Assembly: GCA_964016885.1 (NCBI GenBank)
Contig: OZ024740.1
Span: 340,876,001-340,940,000, forward strand
Reading direction: 5' to 3'
DNA length: 64,000 bases
Source: Eledone cirrhosa
Taxonomy: Eukaryota
Positions 1 to 11,766 of this stretch are shown one piece after another. Position 1 is the first letter of the stretch, and each line of letters begins with the position of its first letter. The translations under genes were made by a program, and so were the position numbers. The notes beneath the pieces are model-generated. The model worked only from the letters and a program-made list of their open reading frames with translations, was not told the DNA's origin and searched no databases.

Positions 1-102
1 GATACCCTGTATTGTGTGCATATGATGTTTTTGTACATCACATGAAATTTTGAACTTATCCCACTGCTCTTAGGGGTTCAAACCCCAGTTTGGAAACAAC
101 TG
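1..102. mobile_element. Right end of a hAT-Charlie-like element
   Basis: Ends CCCCAGTTTGGAAACAACTG followed by GTGTAGAT (NTNTAGAN-type site). Confidence 0.5.
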
Positions 103-1287
103 GTGTAGATATTAACATTTAACATGTGAAACCATGAGTTTTTTCTATCTAATGAAGTAATATCAACAAAGTTTACTTTTACTCAGAATGTTAACAACAT
201 TAAGTGGCTCTTGCACCTAAAATAATGAAAACATTTACTGAATAGGTTTACATAAATGTTTATTGCTTGTAAAAATTGAATTGTGATTATCCAACAATAT
301 CAAAAATGCAAGTGAATACTCATTAACAGATGTATCAAGCACACAGTCAAATGGTACATCATAAATTAGATTTTACACAAAACAATGGCTTTTAATGTGT
401 TATCTTTAACACTCAACACTTTAGCTATTTCATGAAATGAATGACATTAACATTAACATTTAGATGTTGCACAAAATTCCTCCACTTTTTCATTGATAAT
501 TTAATAAGGGGTGAGAATAGATTGCTTCTTCTAATTATGCTGTCTGACATAATAGCAAATATCTCGATAGGGTCTTCAAGGGAATTGAGTAATGTTTACA
601 GTTTATCTTAAAACAAGGGCTCTGATAATTCTTCTTTACTAACATAATAAAATAAACTAATATTATATTAGTTGTGATAATTAATGCTATTGTAAATAGT
701 AGAGGTGAAAGGTGTATGTAAATCTCAGTCATACAACATAAATTTTTCAACATTTCAGAGTAAGATATAAAAAAATGAGTTGGTTTTAGGGAGCTGCTAC
801 AATGCAAATGGAGCTATAAATACAGAGGGAACAATGTTAAAAAACAAAAAAAAAAGTAAGAGAGAAAAAGACAAAAAAAAAAGGAAATTGGAATGTTACA
901 TTGGAAATATCTAATAACTCCTTATATTTCAAGGAAAATACCCATTGACATAGGAACAATATTAAAGAACTGAGAATGGAATTATGAATTCATTTCGTTT
1001 GCATTTTTTGCTAATTTCCTTTACTAAATGACAGTCTAACTCATATTTTTGGACCATGTTTAGAAGCTTCAAGTGAATTTTAGACTAAAACAAAAGAAAT
1101 AATAATAGAAAAGAATAATTTCTTTTTAATTAACCAGTAACTTTCTGTTAATCGTTAAAAAAATATTCATCAGTACATCCAGTTTTCCATATTTATTTAC
1201 ATGGGTGAAATGATTTGTTCAAAATAGATATATCAGTTAGATTATGCTCATACAACTGTTAACCACTCTATTGTAAAATTGAGTGAA

Positions 1288-1605
1288 ATTTGGGGTGCCA
1301 TATACTGTGGCACATTTTCTTGTATCAAACCAGTCACTTCAGCCATAAATTCAGGTGTTGCAGCCTGCAAAGCAGAGGAGCATAAGATGATTAAATACCA
1401 GTCATTAACAAACAGATTTTATTTCATGTCAGTTGCTGTTGAGACTGCTAGTGTTCTTGCTCCATAGAATGCTAAATTCCTGTGCCACATCAGAATGAGG
1501 GCATCACACCTGAGGAAGGAGCCTTGTGAAGTGGAATGGCTAATTCAGTGGATATCACTAGCTGTTCTTGGTGATGATGCTTCTGCAACATTATCCACAG
1601 AGTAT
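1288..1605 (+). mobile_element. CRE-clade (restriction-like endonuclease) non-LTR retrotransposon 3' remnant
   Basis: W..T..SAINSGVAACKAEEHKMIKYQSL..FYFMSVAVETASVL..FL..EWLIQWISLAV matches the CRE RLE C-terminus. Confidence 0.7.
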
Positions 1606-2683
1606 GGTGTTCAATTGAGAATGTGGTAGAGTTTACCAATTTCCTACTTTCTTCTGTTTTATTTTTGTTTTTGCAGTGTATATTTGAAAAACATAATATT
1701 GAATGTTGTAAGGAAAAAGAATTCCATATATATTCAACAAAGCAACATCCTCTTAATGTGGAGATTTTGCTGAAGCATATTTGATAATCAAAGACAAGTT
1801 CTGCCAATATGGTGGTCATTTGACTTCACCACTCATCAGTTTTTAAGTCAAAAAGAAGGAAAAACCAATTGAAACCACACTGGTTCTAAGGTGCAAGGCT
1901 ATTCATTTTTAAATGTTTATATTAAGTCATTGGCACTGTCTTCCCCTTCCTAACTTAATTTAAAAAATTGTATAACTTCTCATATATATCAATTTATTTT
2001 CACTAGTTTTATATTTAAAGCATTCAAGACTTGGTATGTTGAGATACTATCATGTTAATAAGTTGTCATCATCATTTTATGTTCGCTTTGCATACAAGCA
2101 TGGGTTAGATGGTTTACCACAGTCTAAGTCAGTTCTTATTTGGAGTTATTGTTCTCTTAGATAGGTCAAAAGACCACATCTTGCTTGTATGTACTGAAAC
2201 CTGCTTTTCAAGTCTACTTGATGAAATGTACGTAACAGAATATATGGAGCACTTCCATTTTACAGCTCATTTGGTGATATTAAAAAGATCATCCATGTAT
2301 AACAGAAAACCACCTGCAACAGTTCATAAAGATATCAAATTTTGCAGAACCAATCAGTTACTGCAAGAAAGAGAAACTGATATACAAAAGGTCATTAAAT
2401 CAGAATGTAAAGCCAGATATTCTATTTCATATCAGGATAATATGAATGTAAAATAGAATATTAGTATTTTGTTGACTTCTCTGTATTGTAATTATATTCA
2501 CTACTTATGTAGGAAAATTTACCTCTCCAATGAAATTACATTCAAGCTTGTAGGACAATAGTAAACATTTATTGTTTTATTTGGTTTCTCTAAAGAAAAA
2601 AAAAGGCAAAAGCTAAATGTTAAAAGTCAGTGACTATGATGAATAAGAATGAACTCGCTAGTTTATAAAAAGGAATAGTAAAC

Positions 2684-2686
<3 letters not shown>

Positions 2687-2758
<72 letters not shown>
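2687..2758. repeat. (GA)n microsatellite
   Basis: About 36 perfect GA units. Confidence 0.95.
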
Positions 2759-2761
<3 letters not shown>

Positions 2762-3039
2762 ATGTCAAATTAGATCTGTTATTCAACAGAGCTGCTATGA
2801 TGCTAGAGCAAGTACAAATAAATGGTCCATGTAGACTAAATAAACCAACAGGTGTTTAAAGTCAGCCAAGTACACACACACTAACTATGTAGGTAAAAGG
2901 GACTAATGTTATCATTAGAGGCATTTTTGTCTGCTTTCAAACAAAACATATTTGAAATATAATAAATACTTTACATTATATTTATGGTTGACTAAGATAT
3001 ATTAAAAATAGCGTGTGTAAGTTTTTATGCCTGATGTTC

Positions 3040-3360
3040 TCACACCTCTTATAAAACAAAAATATAAGAGAAAATACTCACACATTGCTACCCCAATGAT
3101 TACGAGCCCAGACAGTGTGGGGGTGTAATCTCTGGCATGCAGAATTCCAAGTGCAAGCCACCTTGTGGTTCCAGCAGACAGAATGGAAGAAGCATTATTC
3201 CAGGAGAAGGTGAAGGAGATGCATTGAAATAGCCATTTCAACTTGCAGGGCTCACTACTGTGGGTGGCCAACTCCTCCCCAATAGCAGTGAGTACAAAGG
3301 TGGTCTGGGAACCCAAAACACCAGAAGTCTCCACTGTTACAGGTTCAGTGACATTACGTT
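3040..3360 (-). mobile_element. Second CRE-clade 3' remnant
   Basis: EPVTVETSGVLG..IGEELA..EP..KWLFQCIS..NASSIL. Confidence 0.7.
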
Positions 3361-4159
3361 ATTCTTTTAAATGGGGTAACATCCTGAACTACATGAAACC
3401 ACATTAGTAAGACATTCTTGAAAAGTACAAAACAGCACCAACACTACATGACATTAAAAATTAATATTTTCTGTAATTCTGTATAAAAATTTTCCCAACA
3501 ATCTGTCCACCAATAAAGCTACTATAAACATTTGAATGAACAAGCTCATTTTTAGATATTTTCTGCTAAATCATTACAGGATATTAAGAATTAAACACTA
3601 AAATGATAGTCAAAAACAATAGTGTAATTATTGGATATTATTCACATCAGTATTTGTCCAGTGTGGAACTATATCTTTGGTAGTACATGTCAGTGGGAGA
3701 CTATGACATAAATATTGAGGTGTAAAGAGACATGAAAACATTTATCTTGTTTAGTACTAATGTATCAGATTAGTCCAATCCACCTATCTCTTTCTATTTA
3801 TCAATCTATTAATCTATATTCACACACATAGCAATACTTATGTAGAGCATATTTTTTACTCGGGGAATAAGGTATAATTCCTCAGTTTCATCTCAGTGGA
3901 GAATAATTGGACTCTCCAATGATTCTCCATTAAGATGAATCCAGTTAGTAACTCTTGGGGAATTGTACCTTCAATTCACTTGACAAATATGCACATCTAG
4001 ACCAATAGTTGTCAGCATATATCTTAATTTCACCAAAATCTTTGATAAAGCCAAGCAAATTTTTAAAATGTCAGTACAACGGAAGAGCTGAGCTGTTGTC
4101 TGCCTGATGTCCTTAAAGTACTAAAGTCAGATGGCAAAGGTTAATGGAACCTTCTAAAA

Positions 4160-4333
4160 CAGGCATGTGAAACATGCAGCCCGTGGGCTGCATGCGGCCC
4201 TTTACAAACACACCTGCGGCCCGCACAACGGTTTTTACAGCATGAGCATGTTTTATCTTCGTAAAATTATTTGTAATGTGCGCAATTTGTTGCTGTGTGT
4301 GGCCCTCGGAGGACCCTCAGTTTGACATGCCTG
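4160..4333. mobile_element. hAT-Charlie-type MITE
   Basis: TIRs CAGGCATGTGAAAC/GTTTGACATGCCTG, 8-bp TSD TTCTAAAA/CTCTAAAA and internal GCGGCCC repeats. Confidence 0.85.
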
Positions 4334-4399
4334 CTCTAAAACATCTAAAGTAATAAGTAGAATACCACAGGGCATCATCCTTGACACCTCCTTTGTTCT

Positions 4400-4592
4400 T
4401 TATCATCTATCTAAGGCGGGTAAAATTCCCGAGATCCATGGACGAGTTCTCTCCAGCGGTCCCTGTCCCTCATTATCGCTGCCATATCCTGCATCTCCAA
4501 CAGACCAGTGTCTGTCCTTAGGGCATCAACATATGTTAACCTTGGTCTTCCTCTTCTAGTGTGTCCATGTAGGGGCTCCCAAAGGATATTTA
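4400..4592 (-). mobile_element. 3' fragment of an RTE-like LINE
   Basis: ILWEPLHGHTRRGRPRLTYVDALRTDTG...RDRDRWR C-terminal motif. Confidence 0.75.
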
Positions 4593-5546
4593 TCCTTTTA
4601 TATCCCATGTAGGATATAAACATCATCATCATCATCGTTTAACGTCCATCTTCCACGCTAGCATGGGTTAGACATACAATCAGAAACAAGACATATATGC
4701 TATATACAATTAGGCAAATAATATGTCCTTCAACACTATAAAATCCATGGTTTTTATTAAAGATAAAAGATCTATAATGAAATGCTTTATTTTTGCCCAA
4801 TACAAACAAATAATTAAAAACACTGAATACATTCAAGACATGGAATGAACCCCAATCAGTTTCAATGATGAGCGCTCCAGTTGTTTGATGAATGGAATAG
4901 CCAGCTCAAGAAATTAATGTGCAAGTGGCTGAGCATTCCACAGACATGAGTGCCCATAATGTAATTATCAAGGAGATTCGGTGTGACACAGTGTGATACA
5001 GGTACAGTCCATCCGATGAGCTTCCAACCAGTTTTCACCTACCCAATTTCATTCACAGGGCATGAGTTAATCTGAGGCTTTGTTAAATGACACTTGTTCA
5101 AGTTGGTAAGAATACTTTAGCCATTTGGCCATGCTGCAGCCACAGTAATAATTTAAGAACTAGGCATTAGTATATCTGCAAATACATTCACAGACTGTCA
5201 TTTACTTGGTGAGAGCTCAGTAGCTTGGAACTGAGAATTTTCTTCATAAGAAATATAACTGTGCTGTTAACTCTCTGGAAATTATTTATCTTAAGTTGGT
5301 TAAACTACAGCTCACAATACTGGATTATCAGACATATATTATCAGGAAAGAAAATCCTTTCTGAGGAAAATAACAAAAGTCAGAGACCTGAACTACTGGA
5401 AACACCTGTAATAGTTACATCTCTACTCACACAAAAGCCTGTGTGAACATTATATATAAGGTTAAGATACTACTAATTAATAATTAGTAAAACTATGTAT
5501 TTAACCAATGAAATTGTTTAAGCTTGATCAAAGGGTTTACATGTAT

Positions 5547-6464
5547 TCATCATCATCATCATCATCAACGTTTAACGTCCGTGTTCCACGCTTGCATGGG
5601 TTTGGACGGGGGTAGTCCCACATGAGGCAAGAGTGATTGTCTTGCTCGCATAGGACTGTCTGGCAGGTTTTCTACAGTTGGATGCCCTTCCTAACACGAA
5701 CCACATTTACAGTGTGGGTCTGGGAGATTTTTACCGTGTTGCCTACACGGCCACATTACAGCGTGGACTGTGTGTTTTTTTGTCGTGACACCTACACGAT
5801 CTCATTTGTTTCGGCCTCGATGGCGCGGCACCAACATAACTTTACATAGAACGGGGTGGTGTGGATGGGGTGGGGGTGGGGGTGGTGGGACGGGGTGTAT
5901 TTTGTTAGAGATGCCTACTGGCTGGAGTAGGTTTTACTATATATTTAGGTAAGGCGGGTCTTCTCTGTTACTGAGTACCGCCAAAGGTCTCGGTCCAGTG
6001 ACATTGTCTTGGAGAGGTGTAAGTGTGTGATGTCGGAGTTTATCAGCTCGTCCCAGGTTTTTCTAGGTCTGCCTATTCCGTGACTACCGTCTATCTTTAT
6101 TGCCCTGCACTTTGTTATACAGCTATCGACTTTCATGCGCATCACGTGTCCATACCAACGTAGCCTTCTCTCGAGTAAACAACATCTGATCCCTCTTATC
6201 TCTAATTTTTTCCTTAGTTCGTTAATGCTTTGCCGTTCACGTATATTACTGTTACACATCCAGCGGAGCATGCAAGCTTCGTTCCTCTCTAGTCTGCGTA
6301 TATCCTCTGCACACAATGCCCAGGTCTCACTGCCATGCAGCATTGCTGTTCGTATGCAGGCATCGTACAACCTGCCTTTCATTTTTAGGGAGAACCCTTT
6401 AGCAGCTAATAGTGGTATAAGCTCTCTGAACTTTTTCCAACCAGTTCTGACTCTAGCTACAGTA
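5547..6464 (-). mobile_element. 3' fragment of the same RTE family
   Basis: ORF 5945-6487 (MLHGSETW, RRLRWYGHV, GRPRKTW) and a 3' UTR closely similar to 11767-12600. Confidence 0.93.
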
Positions 6465-6716
6465 CTTTTTTCAATAACAAAATTCAAAATTTGTCTATGC
6501 TGGCATGGGTTGGATGAGACTTTTTGAGGTAGAATTGTACAGCTGGATTCCTTTCATAATGCCAAACCTCATTTGTTTTTTTTTTAAAGTAAGGTAGAGA
6601 TCTTTACACACCTGGTTGCTGAGCAACAATACTTCTGTTTACACAGAACATAAACAAAAATGACTGTTTACGTTAGAGATATCAAATATGAAACAAGAAA
6701 AAGAGAACAGACAGAT

Positions 6717-6758
<42 letters not shown>

Positions 6759-7369
6759 CACATATATATATATATATACTTGATACGCTTCATATAGTGT
6801 CCATTTACCAAATTTGCTCATATAACATTGGTGGCCTGAGACTCTAGTAGAATTAACTTAGACAAGGTGTCATGCAATGAAACAGAACTGAAAACCATGT
6901 GGTTGCAAAGTGAAAACCTCTTACCACACTGCAAGTATATATGAAAGCTACTTGAGAGACTTTGCAGATTTTGGGCATATAGGAAACAACAAATAAGCAG
7001 AGTTAGAGGCACAGTCAGACCTCCAATCTTCTTTCTTCATATTCTCACATCAAGAACTTATATTACAATAGCTTAGCATTTAAAGGACCACTTTTATATA
7101 ACTGCATTATACAAATGCTGTGGAAATTAAAGAAAATTTCTCCTTAGATATCTAAATGATATAAAGATGCTCCTCTCCTTACATCAAATATCCAGAACAG
7201 TCATAACCAGGTCAAGCAAGGCAACCCCATTAACACAATTCAACCATTAAAAATACTGAACCTGACCAAAAAAAATATAAAATGGAAAACAATCAGTGCT
7301 GTTAACAGTGGTATGAGAGGACTTTCATCATGATGGTGTAACTAGCTCAGTAGTCGTATGGCTATTAAG

Positions 7370-8415
7370 AAAACAAAGAGTAGAAAAATCTGAAAATTTA
7401 GTATGCAGGTAGGTGTCATCAGGCTTGGTTCACAGGACATTCTTGTTTTTTATAGTTATCCAAGTCATATCAGAGAAGTTTAAGATCAGCCAGCTGTGAG
7501 AATTTCTACATGTCAATGACCTAGTTCTCATTGCCGAATCTGTCAAAACATTAAAAAAATTCCAAGCATGGAAGCAAAAAGGTATTCAAGTAAACCTAAT
7601 AAAAACAAGTTTTACTTAACAGAAAGAAGACAGGTCTCTACTACTACTATAGGAAGCATGACTACTTCACAGTGAAGTGGCCATGCTCAATATGTAGAAA
7701 GGGAGTAGATGGGAATTCCATATCCAATGTAAACTACAGGTGCACAAGAGATGCAGTGGTATCAAAAGTAGGTTGATAGAGAAGTTAGCAGTAAGAGCAC
7801 CCATAAAATAAATTTGTTCAAATGCAAAGAGGGCTCTCTTGAGGTAGTTGATAGTTTTAGTTACCTAGTTGAAATAATTAGAAGAATTGGGTGTTCTAAA
7901 AACATAGAAGCCAAAGAGTGAAAAATGTTCAGAGAGCTATTACCTCCCCTGGCAACAAAGGGTTCTCTAGACAAATGAAGAAGAAATTGGGTAATGTTTT
8001 GTGTGCAAAGTATGATACTGCATGGTAGAAAAACATGAGCATTGAATGCAGAGCATATGCAAAAGGTGGAAAAAAATGAGGTGAGTTTGCTCCACTGGCT
8101 GTGTAATGTTAGTGTACATTAATGATGGTGCATAAATGAGCTGATAGAAAAACTGGGTATAAGAGAAAGCAGATGTGATGTGTGTAGAAAATGACAGTTG
8201 AGTGAAGAAATGCTAAGCAATACAAGTGAAGGAACCTGCAGAAGAGGAAGACTAACGAAGACATGAAAAGATGTGGTGACAACTGATTTTGTGAAGTTGA
8301 ACTTCAAAAGAGAAATAAATATAGGTCGCAACAAATAGTGACATGACACATTGTGTTGGAAAAGATGCATCTATCAGGCAACCATGCAAAAATGGCAGTA
8401 AAATGATAATGATGA
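7370..8415 (+). mobile_element. Old degraded RTE copy (same group)
   Basis: Residual WPCSICRKGV, EVVDSFSYL and KMFRELLP motifs and a (GAT)n tail. Confidence 0.75.
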
Positions 8416-9338
8416 TCCATAGATGTGTGTGTGTGTGCATATATAAGGTATCTATTTGCATTGTTCTCTAACATATCAGATCAGTTAATTACAAAAGACT
8501 ACGACTAAACCAGAGCAGCCTCCAACAACAAGAGATGGCAGGTACACTGAATAACCAACTAGATATTACACAGACAAAACACAAAAATAATGGAACATTC
8601 AACTCTTAGAGAAGTGCTCCAGAATGGCCTTTGCCATGACAACTTAAATAAACTGAAGAACTAATGCATTATATATGAACATTTACATCATACTCCTGAT
8701 ATGCGTCATGATATATGAAACAGCTCCACGTACACAGGTCTTTTTAAGCTGATTAAAAATGATACTAAATGGTTAATACCATTCAAAATATATATATTTG
8801 AGAAAAATAGAGATAGAAATGGAGAGACAGAGAGAAAGCAGGGGAAGGAAGGAAGGAAGGAAGGAATAATTTCAACAGAGGTAGAATGGTTGTAGTTGTA
8901 GTTTACAGCAAAGCAACAAGTTGAAAAATTGCCAAAGTTGAGATAAACAATGTGAGTGCCAGAATAAATTTAATCAGAGAGAAAAGATATGTTTGGATGC
9001 TAAGATATGATAGCAAGAATATTATTTTTTCATATATTACAACATTAAGTTAGTCTTGTTGAAATATTAATAGTTTATAGTGTAAATATGAAGTAAAAAG
9101 TAGTGAGTTGATTACAAAAAGAAAATATGGCAATAATGTTTGCCAGACATTTAGACTTACATAATAGTTATTTAATCATCATTTAAAACAGATTAATTTT
9201 AAATGGGCCTGATCAGGATTTTAAAAAAAGACAAAATGCCACCGAAAAAGAAAATTAAGAATATTTCATTAATGGTCGATGTTATTTTCCTAGAATTCAA
9301 TACAAAGATTTCAGCAATCCTTCCTTAGAGATTTCTTT

Positions 9339-9366
9339 TTTCGAACATTAGTCCTTCATCAGAAGG
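9339..9366 (-). ncRNA. Degenerate hammerhead remnant
   Basis: Minus: CUGAUGA a GGAC-uaau-GUUC GAAA. No intact stem III or NUH site. Confidence 0.3.
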
Positions 9367-9899
9367 TGGGTAAGTAAAAAGAAAAAGGAAATGGAGAAAA
9401 AACAAAAATAAATGTATTACACTTTGTACCTTCACACACACACATATATATATATATTTTCATTACCATCATCGCTTTTACGTTGACTTTTCTATGTTGT
9501 CATGGATTGGACAGGACTTTGTGAGGCAATGTATTACAATCAGATGCCCTTCCTGACACTAACCTATTTAGTCATTTCTTACAACACACAGGTATGTGTG
9601 TGTGTGTCTGTGTGTGTGTATATATCATGTGGTAGTTTCTGGTTCAGTTGTTAAATGGTATTGGCAAAAGTGGCTTGGTGTAGCACAAGGACCCTCTGGT
9701 TCAATCAGGCGAGTAAAGATGTCATCTGAGCTCAGATTGTAAATAATAAGTCTTTGTTCTTGCAATCACTGAACAAGAAGGTACAGCAGAGACTGTAAAG
9801 ACGTCGAAGGTATGAGAGGACTTTGGTGTTAAGCTGGAATTTGACTTTAGATCAGCAAATAAAGTATTCTGGCAGACCATCTGCCAACTTTGTAATAAG

Positions 9900-10240
9900 A
9901 AGTTCCTCTCCATGGCTGCTACCAGGAACTGTTCTAAGGGTTCTCTCTGAAAAGAGGAGCATCCCCATGAGGTGGAGAGAATACTTTGCTGATCTAAATC
10001 TGGTCACAATAACATCTCCTGATGTGAATTTAAGGGCAAAGACTAACATCTGAGAGGTTGAGGTCAGCAAAGCATTTGAAGCATTCAAATGTGGCAAGGC
10101 CTCTAAGGAGGATGAAATTTAGCCTGATATGTTAAAAGAGTCAAATAGAGAAGGTATGCTCTGTATGACTTGTACTATGGACTTGTACTATGGTTAGAAG
10201 GTATAAGGAAAGAATTGGACAGATTTTGCATGTTGTCTTT
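9900..10240 (+). mobile_element. RTE fragment
   Basis: RWREYFADL and EVSKAFEAFKCGKASKEDEI*PDMLK pre-RT motifs. Confidence 0.6.
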
Positions 10241-10736
10241 TGTTTGGAACTGAATCCATTGGTTCAATTGATAAAATACAAACACTGTGTTTGTAGAATG
10301 AGAAAGGGGGAGGAGGAGAAGACATTTTATAGATACATCACATGTGTGTACAATGACTGTATTTACATTTATACAGCTTAACAATCAGTGGTCTGTTTAT
10401 GTCCTGTAAATTCTTCCATTGGTTCACTCTTATCAACCTTAAGTATGGAAGGATACACACAGATAGATAGACAAATAGAGAGAAAGAAGACAAAAAGAGT
10501 AATATATAATAGTGAAATACAGTGTTTTTTTGTGAAAAGGCAAAACAAAAAAACTTGCCTATATATAGAACACTTCGTTTTTGCGTGCATGCTTTTAACT
10601 AATATAGAAATAATACCATAAGGTCACCGATGTAACAGACGGGCAGAAAATGCAATACAAACATTATAGAATTTCAGTAAATATTTACTAAATTCTACTT
10701 GTTCAAGAAACTCAAATAAATAAATAAGATATACTT

Positions 10737-11062
<326 letters not shown>

Positions 11063-11185
11063 TATCATCACATCATCATTTAATATATGTTCTCCCTGCT
11101 GGAAAAGGTTGAACAGATTGATTGTCATAGAACAAGTCAGTGCGTAATCACAACTACTGACCTCTCAGATAGGCTTGGGGCCACA

Positions 11186-11672
11186 ATTTATTATATAATA
11201 TAGTTGTTTATCGACCCCATAAGGATGAAAGACAAAGTTAACCTCGGTGGGATTTGAACCCAGACCATAAACGGCCGTAACTCTTTGCTGCAAAGCATGG
11301 TGTCCGACCATCTACCGATACTGCCAATCCACCACCCTTAATTTATTATATAATATAATTGTTTCTACTTTTGGCACAAGGCCAGCAATTACCAAGTGTA
11401 TTACTGGTACTTTATTTTATCGACCCCATAAGGATGAAAGGCAAAGTTAACCTCGGTGGGATTTGAACTCAGAATGGCAAAGGCTGTAACTCTGTGTCAA
11501 AGCATGGCGTCCGACCCTCTACCGATACTGCCAATCCACCGCCCTTTATTTATTATATAATATAATTGTTTCTACTTTAGGCACAAGGCCAGCAATTACC
11601 CAGCATATTACTGGTACTTTATTTTATCAACCCCGTAAGGATTTATTATATAATATAATTTTTTTCTACTTT
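11186..11672 (-). mobile_element. Tandem array of a ~190-bp tRNA-SINE with a Nin/Deu-like domain
   Basis: Sense consensus TGGCAGTATCGG..GAGTTCAAATCC..GCCTTTCATCCTTACGGGGTCGATAAAATAAAGTACCAG..GTAGAAACAATTAT. Three copies separated by TTTATTATATAATATA. The domain name is from recall and needs alignment. Confidence 0.85.
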
Positions 11673-11766
11673 TACGTTACTAGCTCAGATTAAGTACTGA
11701 CTTGTTCTGTGATGACCTGTCCAACCAATACTAGCAGGGAGAGGGGGCAATAAATGATGATGATGA

